From a plasmid, in sequence record CP132210.1: a stretch of DNA of 64,000 nt. The stretch is one strand, 5' to 3'. This document shows positions 63,158-64,000 of this stretch, piece by piece (positions within the stretch are counted from its first letter, which is position 1; each line of letters begins with the position of its first letter). A program made the position numbers and the translations under genes. The notes beneath the pieces are model-generated. The model saw nothing but the letters and a program-made list of their open reading frames with translations, was not told the origin of the DNA and made no database searches.

Positions 63158-63724
63158 TTGGATGGGAATTGGGAGGTTTTTGAGGTGAGTCTACCAACCG
63201 AGCGATGGTTAAACCTGCTCGATCCGAAGCTCGAAGAAGAACGATCCGAGATAACAGAGGATCTACTAGAGGCAGAGGGTAGAGAGTTTGTTGCGGAGGT
63301 ACGGAGCAAGCTGGATCACGCCTTAGCCGTTCTTGCTGTAGAGGCGCAGCAGGAAGCGGACATGTACTGGAGCGCGCACAAATCAGCGCGTGAAGAAGCG
63401 TCAGAAGACGAGCAGGGGCGTGTTGGTACGCGGGTTCGCATCCTCGGCGTATCACTCGTTGCAGAGTGGTATCGCAACAGATTTGTCGAGCAAGTTCCCG
63501 GACAAAAGAAAAGGGTTCTATCAACACATATCAAGAAGGGCCGGGGCTATGCCTACAGCATGTCGCACTTCAAGAAAGAACCCGCCTGGGCACAAGAGCT
63601 GATCCAGGAAGTAGAAACCAGATATGCCGCGTTAAGACAACGCGCCACGGCCATAGCAAAAATTCGCCGGGCGCTTAACGAGTATGAGAGGCTACTGAAC
63701 AAGACGCATAGCGACGAGGTGTGA
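63158..63724 (+). CDS. Hypothetical acidic protein (188 aa)
   Basis: Intact ORF. A GTG start at about 63186 is possible. No family recognised. Confidence 0.4.
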   Translation: MDGNWEVFEVSLPTERWLNLLDPKLEEERSEITEDLLEAEGREFVAEVRSKLDHALAVLAVEAQQEADMYWSAHKSAREEASEDEQGRVGTRVRILGVSLVAEWYRNRFVEQVPGQKKRVLSTHIKKGRGYAYSMSHFKKEPAWAQELIQEVETRYAALRQRATAIAKIRRALNEYERLLNKTHSDEV

Positions 63725-63728
63725 CAAC

Positions 63729-64000
63729 ATGACAACATCTGTAGCAGCTACAGAACTGGCGAAGCTGGGGAAATGTGAAGCGATGATCAAGAAAGTCGCC
63801 AACCATCCTCGCCCTGCCCTGTCAAAGCGCCCACAATCGCCACATGGCACAGATAACACCCTTCGGGGTGAGCTCGCCCACTTCCGGTATGAAGCGGCAG
63901 CCATGCGTTTCATGAGCAGCCTTGCGGGGGCTAAGCGTCGCGTCTACCAGCTAGTGTTTGCGGCAACGGTAGCTGCGGGAGTTTTGACACTGCTGGCGGC
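63729..64000 (+). CDS. Hypothetical protein; N-terminal part only, runs off the window
   Basis: ATG at 63729 with an open frame to the window end. Confidence 0.4.
   Translation, partial: MTTSVAATELAKLGKCEAMIKKVANHPRPALSKRPQSPHGTDNTLRGELAHFRYEAAAMRFMSSLAGAKRRVYQLVFAATVAAGVLTLLA

Overview
This window reads as a plasmid multidrug-resistance island (about 1..49536) joined to conjugative-plasmid backbone (49537..64000).

Island skeleton: a Tn21-subfamily transposon. Its left arm is tnpA (cut by the window edge), tnpR, res, tnpM and IRi. Its right arm is a truncated merD, then merA, merC, merP, merT, merR and IRmer at 30485..30522.

Inserted content:
- Integron 1: intI1, a dfrA5/dfrA14-group cassette, truncated mobC, an inverted IRt fragment and IS6100, followed by mphR(A)-mrx-mph(A).
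- An IS26-bounded segment with a Tn1721 mcp fragment plus IRL, deoR, and blaSHV-12 driven from an IS26 hybrid promoter.
- Integron 2 with an identical 5'-CS: blaVIM-1, an aac(6')-Ib Leu-to-Ser variant, aphA15, aadA1, catB2, qacEdelta1, sul1, orf5, truncated tniB and tniA. IS26 has replaced its IRt.
- Five IS26 copies in alternating orientation, none with target-site duplications.
- Beyond IRmer: a 1.9-kb segment with a hypothetical protein and a divergent Tus-like (replication-terminus-binding) protein, then a Tn3-derived miniature (TIME-like) element hit by IS5075.
- Further right: an IS3-family element, an arsR fragment, qnrS1, an ISKra4-family (ISKpn19-like) element, an ISCR2 fragment, strB-strA-sul2, a Tn21 IRtnp interrupted by IS5075, a truncated Tn21-type tnpA, and a Tn3-family tnpA 3' end with its IR.

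Backbone (IncA/C-SXT-like): kfrA-like, a UvrD-like helicase, traF-traH-traG, eex-like, Ner-like and FlhC-like regulators, H-NS-like, and a parM/ParR-like partition locus with a centromere-like repeat array.

The less-described parts are the Tus-like segment, the vapBC-like module beside the blaVIM integron, the TIME-like element and the shared palindromic operators in the backbone. Nothing here can be confirmed as new without database searches.
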